Source: a virus (lineage: Duplodnaviria > Heunggongvirae > Uroviricota > Caudoviricetes > Demerecviridae). Taken from it: DNA of 64,000 nucleotides. The position numbers and the translations under genes were made by a program. The stretch spans positions 20,530 through 84,529 of the IMG/VR virus record IMGVR_UViG_2974655256_000001, one strand, 5' to 3'. Numbering within the stretch: the first letter of the stretch is position 1; each line of letters begins with the position of its first letter. Positions 54,841 through 64,000 of the stretch are shown here, piece by piece. The notes beneath the pieces were generated by a model. That model ran no database searches. It had not been told where the DNA came from and saw nothing but the letters and a program-made list of their open reading frames with translations.

Positions 54841-55545
54841 ATGGCTGGTTCTCGTAGAAAGAAACTTATTCATGAAATCCCTGATGAAACCTTTAAAAAG
54901 GTTATTGAACATCTGGAGAATGGTGGTACTAAGAAAGCAGCATGTGAAATGCTCGGTGTTTCTTCTAACCCAACTATGGAACGAATGATCGAAGAATGGA
55001 GAGATCGTCAGGTTCAGGTTGCGGAAATGAAAAAGAAGAAGCGCGGAACACTGATTGAAGGTGTTGAGCTTGCAAACGTAATTGAACAGTATCTTTCTGG
55101 TGATTCTTTTGAAGAAATCGCCGATCGTAACTATCGTTCTGTAGCGATGATTAAATCTGTTCTGGAACGTTATGGTGCTCTGCTTCGCTTAAACGATATT
55201 GTTGATCCATTGAATCCTCCGTTGATTCCTGATGATGCAATGGCAGAAGAATTTGAAGTTGGTGAACTTGTTTGGGTTCCTGGCTACCAGTGTATTGGTG
55301 AAATCAAGAAAGCAATGACTAATCCAGTTGGTTGCTATCGTGTTTGGTTGTTATCAGAAGGTAAACAACAGAACGTTCACTATATGCACTACGAATTAGC
55401 TTCTGTTAAACATCTGGAAAAGCTGGGTGTTGATGTTAAGGCTCTGGGCTTTAAGTGGAGTCGTGAAGAAGTTATCACGTTGGTTAATGAAGCTGTTAAA
55501 GCTGCCCTGAAACTAGATAAAGAGAAAGGAAAACGTCGTGAGTAA
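54841..55545 (+). CDS. HTH DNA-binding protein (234 aa)
   Basis: N-terminal helix-turn-helix GTKKAACEMLGVSSNPTMERMI. Confidence 0.6.
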   Translation: MAGSRRKKLIHEIPDETFKKVIEHLENGGTKKAACEMLGVSSNPTMERMIEEWRDRQVQVAEMKKKKRGTLIEGVELANVIEQYLSGDSFEEIADRNYRSVAMIKSVLERYGALLRLNDIVDPLNPPLIPDDAMAEEFEVGELVWVPGYQCIGEIKKAMTNPVGCYRVWLLSEGKQQNVHYMHYELASVKHLEKLGVDVKALGFKWSREEVITLVNEAVKAALKLDKEKGKRRE

Positions 55546-55774
55546 ACTAACTGATCTGTTAAAAGCTGGAGACGTAAAATATCTCCAGCGAACTAGTTGG
55601 GAAAATAATAAAGATTACACAGTAATCCTGAAATTCTTTGTAGATAGCAATACCGTACGCCAGTACGTGTGGATGCCTTTTGATACATCATTATTCCCAA
55701 GTGATGAAGTGTGTGAACTAACCCTAGAAGAAGCCCTGGCCGACGATTGGGAGATCGTTGAACTAGATGTGTAG
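55538..55774 (+). CDS. hypothetical protein (78 aa)
   Basis: coupled start. Confidence 0.5.
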   Translation: MSKLTDLLKAGDVKYLQRTSWENNKDYTVILKFFVDSNTVRQYVWMPFDTSLFPSDEVCELTLEEALADDWEIVELDV

Positions 55775-55795
55775 CAGTTACTGAAAAATTTCAGT

Positions 55796-55824
55796 TGCTT
55801 AATCCTGTAATTCTTGATATAATA
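55796..55824 (+). promoter_or_regulatory. T5-type early promoter
   Basis: TTGCTT-17-TATAAT. Confidence 0.6.
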
Positions 55825-55881
55825 TTCTCATAGTTTGAAAGAACTATTCTGTTTAATTCTTAATTAAGGAAATCGAAAAAT

Positions 55882-56292
55882 ATGACTACTCCAACTCAGT
55901 GGACTGATGAACTGTTCGAAAAAATGTCTTCCGACTACGTTGCTCGTATGGAGCAATTCCCAGAAGATGAGCGTCCGGGCGTTAGCATGGAAATTGTTAG
56001 CGAAATTGCTCAGGAAAATGGTGTAACTCCGAACGGTTTCCGTATGAAGCTGACCAAAGCAGGTCTGTATATCAAGAAAGCTGCTGGCTCTACTTCTAAA
56101 TCAAGCGCATCTACTGGAGAAAAAGCTTCTGGTGGTTCTCGTACTTCCAAAGCTCAGGCTCACTCCGATCTTCGCTCTGCATTCTCTGATGCTGGCTTAG
56201 CCCCGGACTTCCTGGACGACGCAATCATCGACAAGCTGACCGGTAAAGCAGCTGCTCATCTGGCAGAAGCTATCCGAGCTATCACTAAGTAA
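55882..56292 (+). CDS. Ala/Ser-rich protein related to D5-like DNA-binding repeat (136 aa)
   Basis: IVSEIAQENGVTPNGFRMKLTKAGL resembles repeats in 59209-59976 protein. Confidence 0.5.
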   Translation: MTTPTQWTDELFEKMSSDYVARMEQFPEDERPGVSMEIVSEIAQENGVTPNGFRMKLTKAGLYIKKAAGSTSKSSASTGEKASGGSRTSKAQAHSDLRSAFSDAGLAPDFLDDAIIDKLTGKAAAHLAEAIRAITK

Positions 56293-56328
56293 TTCTTAGA
56301 TAAATCCACCAACACAAGGAATACAGTT

Positions 56329-56625
56329 ATGAATAAAGCTGAAATTATTGCTCAATGCGAAAAATTTGGTGAGTTTTATCTTCATTACGAAAAACTTCGT
56401 CAGAAAGGAACCACGTACCTTCAGGGTACGATGGAATTTGATCCAGCTCAGGATAAATACCTGGCTGAGCGTATTAAACGTGAGCGCATCCGTAAGCCGA
56501 AAGAAGATGAAATCCTCGTTTTCTCTCGTACTAATGATAGCTTCCGTTTCATTCCTGTTGCGAAAGTTCGCCGTGTGACGAGCCTCCAGTCAGAGTTAGA
56601 TCGTGCTTCTCCAGTAGGCCGATAA
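56329..56625 (+). CDS. hypothetical protein (98 aa)
   Basis: ORF followed by terminator. Confidence 0.55.
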   Translation: MNKAEIIAQCEKFGEFYLHYEKLRQKGTTYLQGTMEFDPAQDKYLAERIKRERIRKPKEDEILVFSRTNDSFRFIPVAKVRRVTSLQSELDRASPVGR

Positions 56626-56635
56626 GAAACCAATT

Positions 56636-56660
56636 GGCCCCTATATGGGGCTTTTTGTGT
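56636..56660 (+). terminator. rho-independent terminator
   Basis: GGCCCC...GGGGC then TTTTTG. Confidence 0.6.
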
Positions 56661-56675
56661 ATTCGGGATATGTAA

Positions 56676-56984
56676 ATGAGCGATCAAGTAAATCAAAACT
56701 ATGAAGGACACGTTGACGACCAGTCCATCATGCTTTGGGAGAAGGAGGGGGAACAAGTAAGACTAACCGTATCTGAATTTCGTGGGAATCTATACATGGG
56801 AATTCGTTACTGGCTCCAAGATATTACTGGAGAGTGGTTTCCAACGAAATCCGGCTTCTCTTTTCCTTATACCCTAGAAACTACATCACAGCTATTCTAC
56901 GCTTTTACGCAAATCCTCAGTGAATCCGAGGTCTTGCATGAAGTACAGAAACGAGCTGAAGAACTCAAAGCCAAGAATGCCTAG
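56676..56984 (+). CDS. PC4/YdbC-like ssDNA-binding protein (102 aa)
   Basis: VRLTVSEFRGNLYMGIRYW...GFSFP beta-rich core. Confidence 0.5.
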   Translation: MSDQVNQNYEGHVDDQSIMLWEKEGEQVRLTVSEFRGNLYMGIRYWLQDITGEWFPTKSGFSFPYTLETTSQLFYAFTQILSESEVLHEVQKRAEELKAKNA

Positions 56985-57000
56985 TTCTTGGCTTTTTCTT
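56971..57000 (+). terminator. rho-independent terminator
   Basis: CCAAGAA-loop-TTCTTGG then CTTTTTC. Confidence 0.55.
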
Positions 57001-57011
57001 TATAAATGTAC

Positions 57012-57040
57012 TTGCTTTCGACTCAGTTTTCATATATAAT
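57012..57040 (+). promoter_or_regulatory. T5-type early promoter
   Basis: TTGCTT-17-TATAAT with conserved leader. Confidence 0.65.
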
Positions 57041-57069
57041 ATTTATATAAATTGATGAGAGGATCAATT

Positions 57070-57270
57070 ATGGCAATGACAATAACACTTCCAAAGATTC
57101 AAGCAAAACTTAATTTGCTCTCCATAGCAAGAATCAATTACCAGGATAGTATCGGCACTCCAAACCAGAAAGCGTACAAAGATGCGTGGTTGAAAGAAGC
57201 TGCTGATTTAGCTGGTATGGCTGCTCAGTATAACAAAGAACTCAAAATGGAAATCGCAGACGATGAATAA
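57070..57270 (+). CDS. hypothetical protein (66 aa)
   Basis: GAGAGGA RBS before ATG at 57070. Confidence 0.5.
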   Translation: MAMTITLPKIQAKLNLLSIARINYQDSIGTPNQKAYKDAWLKEAADLAGMAAQYNKELKMEIADDE

Positions 57271-58234
57271 TGTAAAAGACTTTATCAAACGTTGTCAAGA
57301 AGCGTACTACCAGGGAATGAGTCTTATTTCCGATGAAGAATATGATCGTCTGATTAAAAGATTCCCGCTAGAGGAAGAAATCGGGCCGAAAGGTGATATT
57401 CCACATCTATATCGTATGTATTCTTTGCAGAAAGTCTATTACGGTCGTGGTGATAAAGCTCCATTCAATCCATTAGGTCAGGTTGAAACTGATAAGTTAG
57501 ATGGCTGTGCAATTTCTCTGTTATATATTAATGGTGAATTTGTTCAAGCGTTAACTCGTGGTAACGGTATTCTAGGGAATGATGTAACGCATAATGTTAA
57601 AATGCTAAACATCCCCAAAACTATTTCCCAAAAAGTACCAACTCAAATCACTGGTGAAGTTCTCATTACTAAAGAAGTAGAGAACAAACGTAACTACGCT
57701 TCGGGTGCTATTAACCTGAAAGACAGCGATGATTTCATGCAACGTATTGGTGAAGGTGGTTTAATCTTCGTTGCATATGGTATCCAGTGTTCAGCGGAAA
57801 CAGTAGGTATTACAGAAGCCTATTTAAAAGATATGCTTTGGCTAGAGAATGAGAACTTCTTGACAGTTGTTAATGTTCGTTCCTTCTTTAAGTGGATTCC
57901 GACGGATGGTAAAGTTGTTCGTATTAATGATAACAACAAATTCTTCCGTGAAGGTTGGACTAATAAATTTCCTCGTGGTGCATTTGCTATTAAAGAGGAT
58001 GAAGAAGGCGAAATTACCACACTTGTTAAAGTTGAATGGCAAGTAGGGGCTTCTGGTAAAGTAACTCCAGTTGGTTATTTCGAACCGGTGATTATTGATG
58101 ATGCCACAATCATTAAAGCAACTCTTAATAACGTTGATTATATTAACGCTCTCGATTTAGAGATCGGTTGCCAGATTCGAGTGATTCGTGCTGGGGGTGT
58201 AATCCCTTGTATAGTAGAGCGAGTATACGACTAA
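57263..58234 (+). CDS. ligA: NAD-dependent DNA ligase, adenylation/OB part (subunit A) (323 aa)
   Basis: KxDG adenylation motif ETDKLDGCAI. Confidence 0.85.
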   Translation: MNNVKDFIKRCQEAYYQGMSLISDEEYDRLIKRFPLEEEIGPKGDIPHLYRMYSLQKVYYGRGDKAPFNPLGQVETDKLDGCAISLLYINGEFVQALTRGNGILGNDVTHNVKMLNIPKTISQKVPTQITGEVLITKEVENKRNYASGAINLKDSDDFMQRIGEGGLIFVAYGIQCSAETVGITEAYLKDMLWLENENFLTVVNVRSFFKWIPTDGKVVRINDNNKFFREGWTNKFPRGAFAIKEDEEGEITTLVKVEWQVGASGKVTPVGYFEPVIIDDATIIKATLNNVDYINALDLEIGCQIRVIRAGGVIPCIVERVYD

Positions 58235-58284
58235 TTCGTAACCCTTTGCTACCCGTTTACCATGTCGGAATTATAAAGTGGTTA

Positions 58285-58313
58285 TTGACATTTTCGCCGC
58301 TTAGGTATATACT
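58285..58313 (+). promoter_or_regulatory. sigma70-like promoter TTGACA-17-TATACT inside ligase spacer
   Basis: shares TTGACATTTTCGC with promoter at 29680. Confidence 0.4.
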
Positions 58314-58377
58314 ATTATCATTCAGTTGAGGGATAGAAAGTTATGGCGAGGGTAAGCAAAGTTAGTTAAAATTGTAG

Positions 58378-58406
58378 TTGCTAAATGCTTAAATACTTGC
58401 TATAAT
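58378..58406 (+). promoter_or_regulatory. T5-type early promoter before ligase part B
   Basis: TTGCTA-17-TATAAT. Confidence 0.6.
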
Positions 58407-58433
58407 ATTTATATAAATTGATAAGGAAGAAAT

Positions 58434-59216
58434 TTGATGAAAATCGAAATTCCAACACAATGTCCCTCTTGTGGTTCTAAGCTAGATCTTGTCAACGGGC
58501 AATTATTCTGTAGGAATAAGTCCAACTGTCCAGCGCAATCAAGTAAGTTAATCGAGAACTTCTGCACAAAAATGAAGTTAAAGGGCTTTGGCCCGAAAAC
58601 TATTGAGAAGCTGGAGCTGACTAGGATCTCAGAACTGTTTTACCTGACCGAAGAAGATTTGGTCGGAGCTGTGGGTAGCAAGGTTGCCGCTAAATTGATT
58701 AGCGAGTTAAATACTAAGGTTCGCGGAGACATTGACTTTGGTTCAGTTCTCGGTTCTTTAGGAATTCCTCTTATTGGAGAGGTTGCAGCAAAGAAACTGT
58801 CCCAAAATTGCACTAGCTTCCACGATGTGAAGGCTGACGGCAAGGCTGGAGAAAATTACAAAACCTGGCTAAATTCCCCACAAGGCAAGGATGTTATTGA
58901 ATTACCGTGGAAATTCTCAACGGGTATTCGAGGTGCTAAAGCGGATATCATCATTACAGATGATTTAGTTGCCCAGCCAAATGGAATCACGGTCTGTATT
59001 ACCGGATCTTTGCAAGATTTTGCAAATCGAACGGATGCAACAAACTATTTAGAAAGTCTAGGATATACGGTTAAGAAGTCCGTTACCAAAGACGTCAAAT
59101 ACCTAATCTGTGAGGATGAATCAAAACGTTCTTCCTCATCTTATAAGAAAGCCGAAACGAATGGGATAGAAATCCTGTCGATTAAAGAACTATTGGAGAA
59201 AAATAATAATGTCTAA
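58434..59216 (+). CDS. ligB: NAD-dependent DNA ligase, Zn-finger/HhH/BRCT part (subunit B) (260 aa)
   Basis: CPSCGSKL...C..C zinc finger, HhH, C-terminal BRCT-like. Confidence 0.8.
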   Translation: MMKIEIPTQCPSCGSKLDLVNGQLFCRNKSNCPAQSSKLIENFCTKMKLKGFGPKTIEKLELTRISELFYLTEEDLVGAVGSKVAAKLISELNTKVRGDIDFGSVLGSLGIPLIGEVAAKKLSQNCTSFHDVKADGKAGENYKTWLNSPQGKDVIELPWKFSTGIRGAKADIIITDDLVAQPNGITVCITGSLQDFANRTDATNYLESLGYTVKKSVTKDVKYLICEDESKRSSSSYKKAETNGIEILSIKELLEKNNNV

Positions 59217-59976
59217 ACTGAACTGGAACGTAGAAGGTGTAACCGAGTCTCTGAAAGCAAAAGCCACTGCTCTGGGTGTTGCTGTAATCTCTCAAGAACA
59301 AGTAGCTGCTATCGCTGCTGAACTGGCTACCGAGACTGGTAAAGACGTTACCGCTCGCTCTGTTGGATCTAAGCTGCGTAAAGAAGGTTTCGAAGTACAG
59401 AAAGCTAACGAAGTACAGAAATCCCCGTGGACTCCTGAGCAGGAAGCTGAACTGGTTGATTTCCTGAACGCTCATGCTGGTCAGTATACTTACGCTGAAA
59501 TCGCTGCTGCTGTAGCTGGTGGTCAGTTCGGTGCTAAGCAGGTACAGGGTAAGATCCTGAGTCTGGAAATGACTGCTTCTGTTAAGCCAACCGAAAAAGC
59601 TGCTGCTGTTCGTTCCTTCACTCCTGACGAAGAAACTGATTTCGTTAATCAGGTTGTTGCTGGTGCTACTATTGAAGCTATCGCTGCTCACTTCGGTCGC
59701 AATATTAAGCAGATCCGTGGTAAAGCTCTGAGTCTGCTTCGTGAAGGTCGTATCGCTGCTATGCCGGTACAGGAAACTTCAAGTGCTAAAACTCGTGAAG
59801 ATCTGTTAGAAGGTCTGGATCTGGCTAACATGACTGTTGCTGAGATCGCTGAGAAAACTGGTAAGTCTGAGCGCGGTGTTAAATCTATGCTGTCTCGTCG
59901 TGGTCTGGTTGCTAAGGACTATGATGGTGCCGCTAAGCGTGCTAAACTGGATGCAAAAGCTGCGGCTGCTGAATAA
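59209..59976 (+). CDS. D5-like Ala-rich DNA-binding protein with three internal repeats (255 aa)
   Basis: three IAAxxxxxxGKxxxxxSxxxxLRxxG repeats; size of T5 D5. Confidence 0.55.
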   Translation: MSKLNWNVEGVTESLKAKATALGVAVISQEQVAAIAAELATETGKDVTARSVGSKLRKEGFEVQKANEVQKSPWTPEQEAELVDFLNAHAGQYTYAEIAAAVAGGQFGAKQVQGKILSLEMTASVKPTEKAAAVRSFTPDEETDFVNQVVAGATIEAIAAHFGRNIKQIRGKALSLLREGRIAAMPVQETSSAKTREDLLEGLDLANMTVAEIAEKTGKSERGVKSMLSRRGLVAKDYDGAAKRAKLDAKAAAAE

Positions 59977-59993
59977 TCTGGTAAATTAAACCT

Positions 59994-60027
59994 AAGGGGA
60001 GGGGGCTATGCTCCTTCCCCTTTTTGC
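59994..60027 (+). terminator. rho-independent terminator
   Basis: AAGGGGAGGGGG...CTCCTTCCCC then TTTTTG. Confidence 0.6.
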
Positions 60028-60058
60028 ATTTAGAAGGCACGAAAGCGTGCAAAGGAGA

Positions 60059-61531
60059 ATGACCTTGTTTAACGTGCAAGCTGTAGTGTTGAAGATGCTT
60101 CTTGCTTCTGAACAGAAGCAAATAGCATTGGAAACATTCTCAAAACTGCATAAAGATCATTTTAATGACGCTTTCTCCTCAATTTACCAAGCCGTCCAGA
60201 ATTATTATAAGAAATATAACGCAATGCCGTCCATTGACGCACTGATGCTTGAGGCCAATAGGAACGCCCGCCTTTCTCAAGCTCTTGTCGTCTTAGCTAA
60301 CACTCAAATTCCAGAAGTGAGCATGGAACAGGCGCTTGAAGTCCTAGAAGCCGAATATACACAGGATCTATTCCTGAAACTTCTAGAAACAGACGTGCTT
60401 CAAGATTTAACAATGCTGGATCAGGGAGAAATTCTCAACCGAGTTGCCTCCCTTCACTTAAAATTAGAAGAGAAAGTAACGAATACTGGAAAGGTATTCA
60501 ACGCAGACACAATGCGTATTTTCCAGAGAGAAGAAGATACCAAACTGAACTTGATCGCTCTTGGTATTTGTAATGAGTTCGACGCTCAAATTGGTTTAGC
60601 TCGCACAGAAACGTTACTGCTTGGTGGTTGGCGTGGTACTGGTAAATCCATTATCTGTTCAAACATACAGGTTCAGCAATATTTGAATGGAGACATTGCT
60701 CCATATTTCTCAATTGAGATGAAAGAGCACGAAGTGTTTAGACGTAATCTGGCTATGTTAGCTGGAGTATCTGCATTAGCAATGCGTAATAACACTCTTG
60801 AAGGTGCTGCTCTGTTGAGATTAGCCAGAACTAGGGCTAGAATGTTTAATGGTGGTGAAGAGCTTTTCGATAACTTCGTTAAGCAATACACTATGGCTAA
60901 AATGAGTGACTTCTATGATATGGAAAGTAAACTCCTTGAAGGCTATGAGCTTCACACTCCTATGATCATCGTTTACGATCCTGAACTGTCTATTACGACG
61001 GTTGACGTAGAATTAAATAAACTAGTTGCTAAATATGGTGATAAGGTTACTGTAGCTCTTCTAGACTATATTAACCAAACAAGACTTCCAGATTCAAAGA
61101 CCATTGACATGTATGACTGGAAAGAACAGATGGTTGTTAGTTCATCTTTCAAATCTATCTGCCAGAAACATAACGTGGCTGGTGTTGCCCCTTACCAGAT
61201 TGACCAAGATGGTAGAACGCGTATGTCTAAAGGGATTCTTGATTCCGCAGATATGGCTGCTAATCTTAACGCTGCAAAAGCTGATAATGGTCAAGGTGCT
61301 ATTATGTTTGACTTCGTTAAGACTCGTTCCTCTGATAGTGTGAAGTTTATGCCTAAGATGAACTGGGAAACTCTGCGAATGGATAACACTACCAACCTAG
61401 CAATGGAAGATATTGCGCAAATGGAAGCTGAGTTCGTTATTCCTATTGAAAAGGATAAACCAGCTCAACCTAAACGTGCTAAGAAAGACAAAGCTGAAAA
61501 TTCAACAGGTGAACAGGCCAGCGATATATGA
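60059..61531 (+). CDS. DnaB-like replicative helicase (490 aa)
   Basis: Walker A GGWRGTGKS; AAAGGAGA RBS before ATG at 60059. Confidence 0.7.
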   Translation: MTLFNVQAVVLKMLLASEQKQIALETFSKLHKDHFNDAFSSIYQAVQNYYKKYNAMPSIDALMLEANRNARLSQALVVLANTQIPEVSMEQALEVLEAEYTQDLFLKLLETDVLQDLTMLDQGEILNRVASLHLKLEEKVTNTGKVFNADTMRIFQREEDTKLNLIALGICNEFDAQIGLARTETLLLGGWRGTGKSIICSNIQVQQYLNGDIAPYFSIEMKEHEVFRRNLAMLAGVSALAMRNNTLEGAALLRLARTRARMFNGGEELFDNFVKQYTMAKMSDFYDMESKLLEGYELHTPMIIVYDPELSITTVDVELNKLVAKYGDKVTVALLDYINQTRLPDSKTIDMYDWKEQMVVSSSFKSICQKHNVAGVAPYQIDQDGRTRMSKGILDSADMAANLNAAKADNGQGAIMFDFVKTRSSDSVKFMPKMNWETLRMDNTTNLAMEDIAQMEAEFVIPIEKDKPAQPKRAKKDKAENSTGEQASDI

Positions 61532-62418
61532 GTAGAATAACAGAACTACTTGATCTGAAAGGCATTGAATACAAAGACACAGGTGGGGACATCCTCATCT
61601 GTTGTCTCAATCCAGATCATGATGATAAACACCCAAGTTTGCGTATTGATCCTGAATCAGGTATTATGCACTGCTTGAGTTGTGGCTTCGGTAGAGGAAT
61701 ACCGAGCATTTACCATTATTTTAATGAGACTCAGTACAGACAGTCACCAAGATTGTCACAAGTACGTAAAAAGATTTCAGAGATTAGGAATGGATCTACG
61801 AATCTTGCAATTCCTGAATCTGCTTACCTTTTCGAAGGTGATTTCCGAGGTATCAGTTCTAAGACCTTGAAGAAATATTTTGCTTTCCAACATCAAGCAG
61901 ACTGGGAAGGCAGAATTGTATTCCCAATAACAGATGCTGTTGGACGCAATATCCTATTCCTGGGACGTTCTATAAACAGTTCTGCCCCTCCTAAATACTT
62001 AGTAAAACCAAAACAAGTTTCACCACCGATTTTCCCTGTACGATATAATACACCAGTTCTTGTTCTAGTTGAAGGTATCTTTGATATGTTAAATCTAGAA
62101 GATAACGGTGTGGATTATGCTTCTTGCTGCTTTGGTACACATCAGTTTACATCTGATAACATTGCCGATAAGTTCAGTCCTTACATTATTGCTGGAGTAA
62201 GAGTAGTAGTTATCCTATTAGATAATGATGCCTCTGGTAATAAAGCCGCACAAGCACTAGTGAAGCTAATTCGTACAAAAACGCGTTTAACACCTGTAGT
62301 TGGTAACTTCCTTCTTCCAGAAGGCAAAGACCCAGGTGATTTAAATAAAGAAGAGATCGATATGTTGGCTCAACGTATTGAAATTTTAGTTGCCGAATCG
62401 CTCAAAGATTTGGTATAA
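61528..62418 (+). CDS. DNA primase (Zn-finger + Toprim) (296 aa)
   Basis: CLNPDHDDKHPS...CLSCGFG zinc finger; EGIFD and LLDNDASG Toprim motifs. Confidence 0.8.
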   Translation: MSRITELLDLKGIEYKDTGGDILICCLNPDHDDKHPSLRIDPESGIMHCLSCGFGRGIPSIYHYFNETQYRQSPRLSQVRKKISEIRNGSTNLAIPESAYLFEGDFRGISSKTLKKYFAFQHQADWEGRIVFPITDAVGRNILFLGRSINSSAPPKYLVKPKQVSPPIFPVRYNTPVLVLVEGIFDMLNLEDNGVDYASCCFGTHQFTSDNIADKFSPYIIAGVRVVVILLDNDASGNKAAQALVKLIRTKTRLTPVVGNFLLPEGKDPGDLNKEEIDMLAQRIEILVAESLKDLV

Positions 62419-62480
62419 TATATTGGTAAGTTAGAGAAGAAACACTGAAGTTATACTTACTTACCAAAAGGAGACTAAAT

Positions 62481-64000
62481 TTGAAAATTGCAGTAGTTGA
62501 TAAAGCTCTAAATAACACTCGTTATGATAAACACTTCCAGCTTTATGGTGAGGAAGTTGATGTATTCCATATGTGTAACGAGAAGTTATCTGGTCGTCTG
62601 CTGAAAAAGCATATTACAATCGGAACTCCAGATAACCCGTTCGATCCGAACGATTACGATTTTGTTGTACTAGTTGGTGCTGAACCTTTCCTGTATTTCG
62701 CAGGTAAGAAAGGTATCGGTGATTATACTGGTAAACGTGTAGAGCATGGCGGCTATGCCAATTGGATTGCAAGTATTAGTCCAGCTCAGTTACACTTTAA
62801 ACCTGAAATGAAACCAGTTTTCGATGCAACTGTAGAAAGTATTCACGATATTATTAATGGTCGTGAGAAGATTGCAAAAGCTGGTGATTATCGTCCTATT
62901 ACTGATCCAGATGAAGCTGAAGAATACATCAAGATGGTGTATAACATGGTTATCGGTCCTATCGCATTCGACTCCGAAACCTCAGCTTTGTACGCTCGTG
63001 ATGGTTATCTGCTTGGTGTTTCTATGTCTCACCAAGAGTACCAGGGTGTTTATATTGACTCTGACAGCATAACCGAAGTAGCTGTACATTATCTCCAGAA
63101 AATTCTGGATAGCAAGAATCATCAGATCGTTTTTCATAACTTGAAGTTCGATATGCACTTTTATTCCTATCATTTAGGACTTTCCTTTGAGAAAGCACAT
63201 AAAGAGCGTAGACTTCATGATACCATGTTACAACACTATGTTCTCGATGAACGTCGTGGTACTCACGGCTTGAAATCTCTGGCTATGAAGTATACTGACA
63301 TGGGCGATTACGACTTTGAACTGGATAAGTTCAAGGATGATTATTGCAAAGCACATAAAATCAAGAAAGAAGATTTCAGCTATGATCTGATTCCATTTGA
63401 TATTATGTGGCCTTATGCTGCAAAAGATACCGATGCTACTCTGCGTCTGCATAACTTCTTCTTACCGAAAATTGAGAAGAATGAAAAACTTCGCAGTCTA
63501 TACTATGATGTTCTGATGCCTGGTTGCGTATTCCTGCAACGTGTTGAAGATCGTGGTGTACCAATTTCTGTTGATCGCTTGAAAGAAGCTCAGTATCAGT
63601 TAACTCACAACCTGAACAAGGCTCGTGAAAAGCTGTATACTTATCCAGAAGTCGTTCAGCTAGAGAAAGATCAGAACGAAGCGTTTAACCCGAACTCTGT
63701 TAAGCAACTTCGTGTTCTTCTGTTTGATTATGTTGGTCTGACTCCAACGGGTAAATTGACGGATACAGGTGCAGATTCTACAAACGCAGAAGCTCTGAAT
63801 GAATTGGCTACTCAGCATCCGATTGCTAAAACTCTGCTAGAGATTCGTAAGCTGACTAAGCTGATCTCTACATATGTTGAGAAGATTCTTCTGAGCATCG
63901 ATGCAGATGGTTGCATTCGTACTGGTTTCCATGAACACATGACTACTTCTGGTCGTTTAAGTTCTTCTGGTAAGCTGAACCTGCAACAGTTACCACGTGA
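62481..64000 (+). CDS. DNA polymerase I-family (family A) with 3'-5' exonuclease, N-terminal part; TTG start, truncated by window end
   Basis: stop-free frame from TTG at 62481 to window end; AAGGAG RBS; Exo I FDSETSAL, Exo II HNLKFD, Exo III YAAKD. Confidence 0.8.
   Translation, partial: MKIAVVDKALNNTRYDKHFQLYGEEVDVFHMCNEKLSGRLLKKHITIGTPDNPFDPNDYDFVVLVGAEPFLYFAGKKGIGDYTGKRVEHGGYANWIASISPAQLHFKPEMKPVFDATVESIHDIINGREKIAKAGDYRPITDPDEAEEYIKMVYNMVIGPIAFDSETSALYARDGYLLGVSMSHQEYQGVYIDSDSITEVAVHYLQKILDSKNHQIVFHNLKFDMHFYSYHLGLSFEKAHKERRLHDTMLQHYVLDERRGTHGLKSLAMKYTDMGDYDFELDKFKDDYCKAHKIKKEDFSYDLIPFDIMWPYAAKDTDATLRLHNFFLPKIEKNEKLRSLYYDVLMPGCVFLQRVEDRGVPISVDRLKEAQYQLTHNLNKAREKLYTYPEVVQLEKDQNEAFNPNSVKQLRVLLFDYVGLTPTGKLTDTGADSTNAEALNELATQHPIAKTLLEIRKLTKLISTYVEKILLSIDADGCIRTGFHEHMTTSGRLSSSGKLNLQQLPR

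Overview
This window is a phage T5-type (Tequintavirus) genome segment. It runs from the right end of the terminal-repeat / injection-stop region into the early region and stops inside the DNA polymerase gene. The assignment rests on three things: the gene order, about 30 near-identical early promoters (TTGCTT/A, 17 bp spacer, TATAAT, one apparently matching the N25 promoter), and a T5-like set of recognisable proteins. Layout: 106-968, three small + genes, followed by a repeat-dense, DnaA-box-containing non-coding block (about 1000-2240). From 2514 to 29555 almost everything is on the minus strand: small early genes, metallophosphoesterase, Ser/Thr phosphatase, thioredoxin-like protein, endolysin, holin, ClpP-like protease, dNMP kinase, and a cluster of at least 27 tRNA genes interleaved with small ORFs, an HNH gene and a T5orf172 gene. 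29680-31450 is an oppositely oriented 3-gene island. 31517-45669 is minus again: SPFH protein, tRNA-Arg, YqeY-like, SleB-like, exonuclease, RNase H, ThyA, DHFR, NrdB, NrdA, PhoH. 46013 to the end is a + strand replication block: NrdD, Sir2-like, HAD, origin-binding-like helicase, PC4-like, split NAD-ligase, D5-like DNA-binding protein, DnaB-like helicase, primase, DNA polymerase. The items I would follow up first are the low-complexity + strand island, several long ORF-free promoter-driven regions that may encode stable RNAs, atypical tRNAs, a displaced spanin-like pair and the Sir2/HAD module. tRNA coordinates may be off by 1-2 nt.
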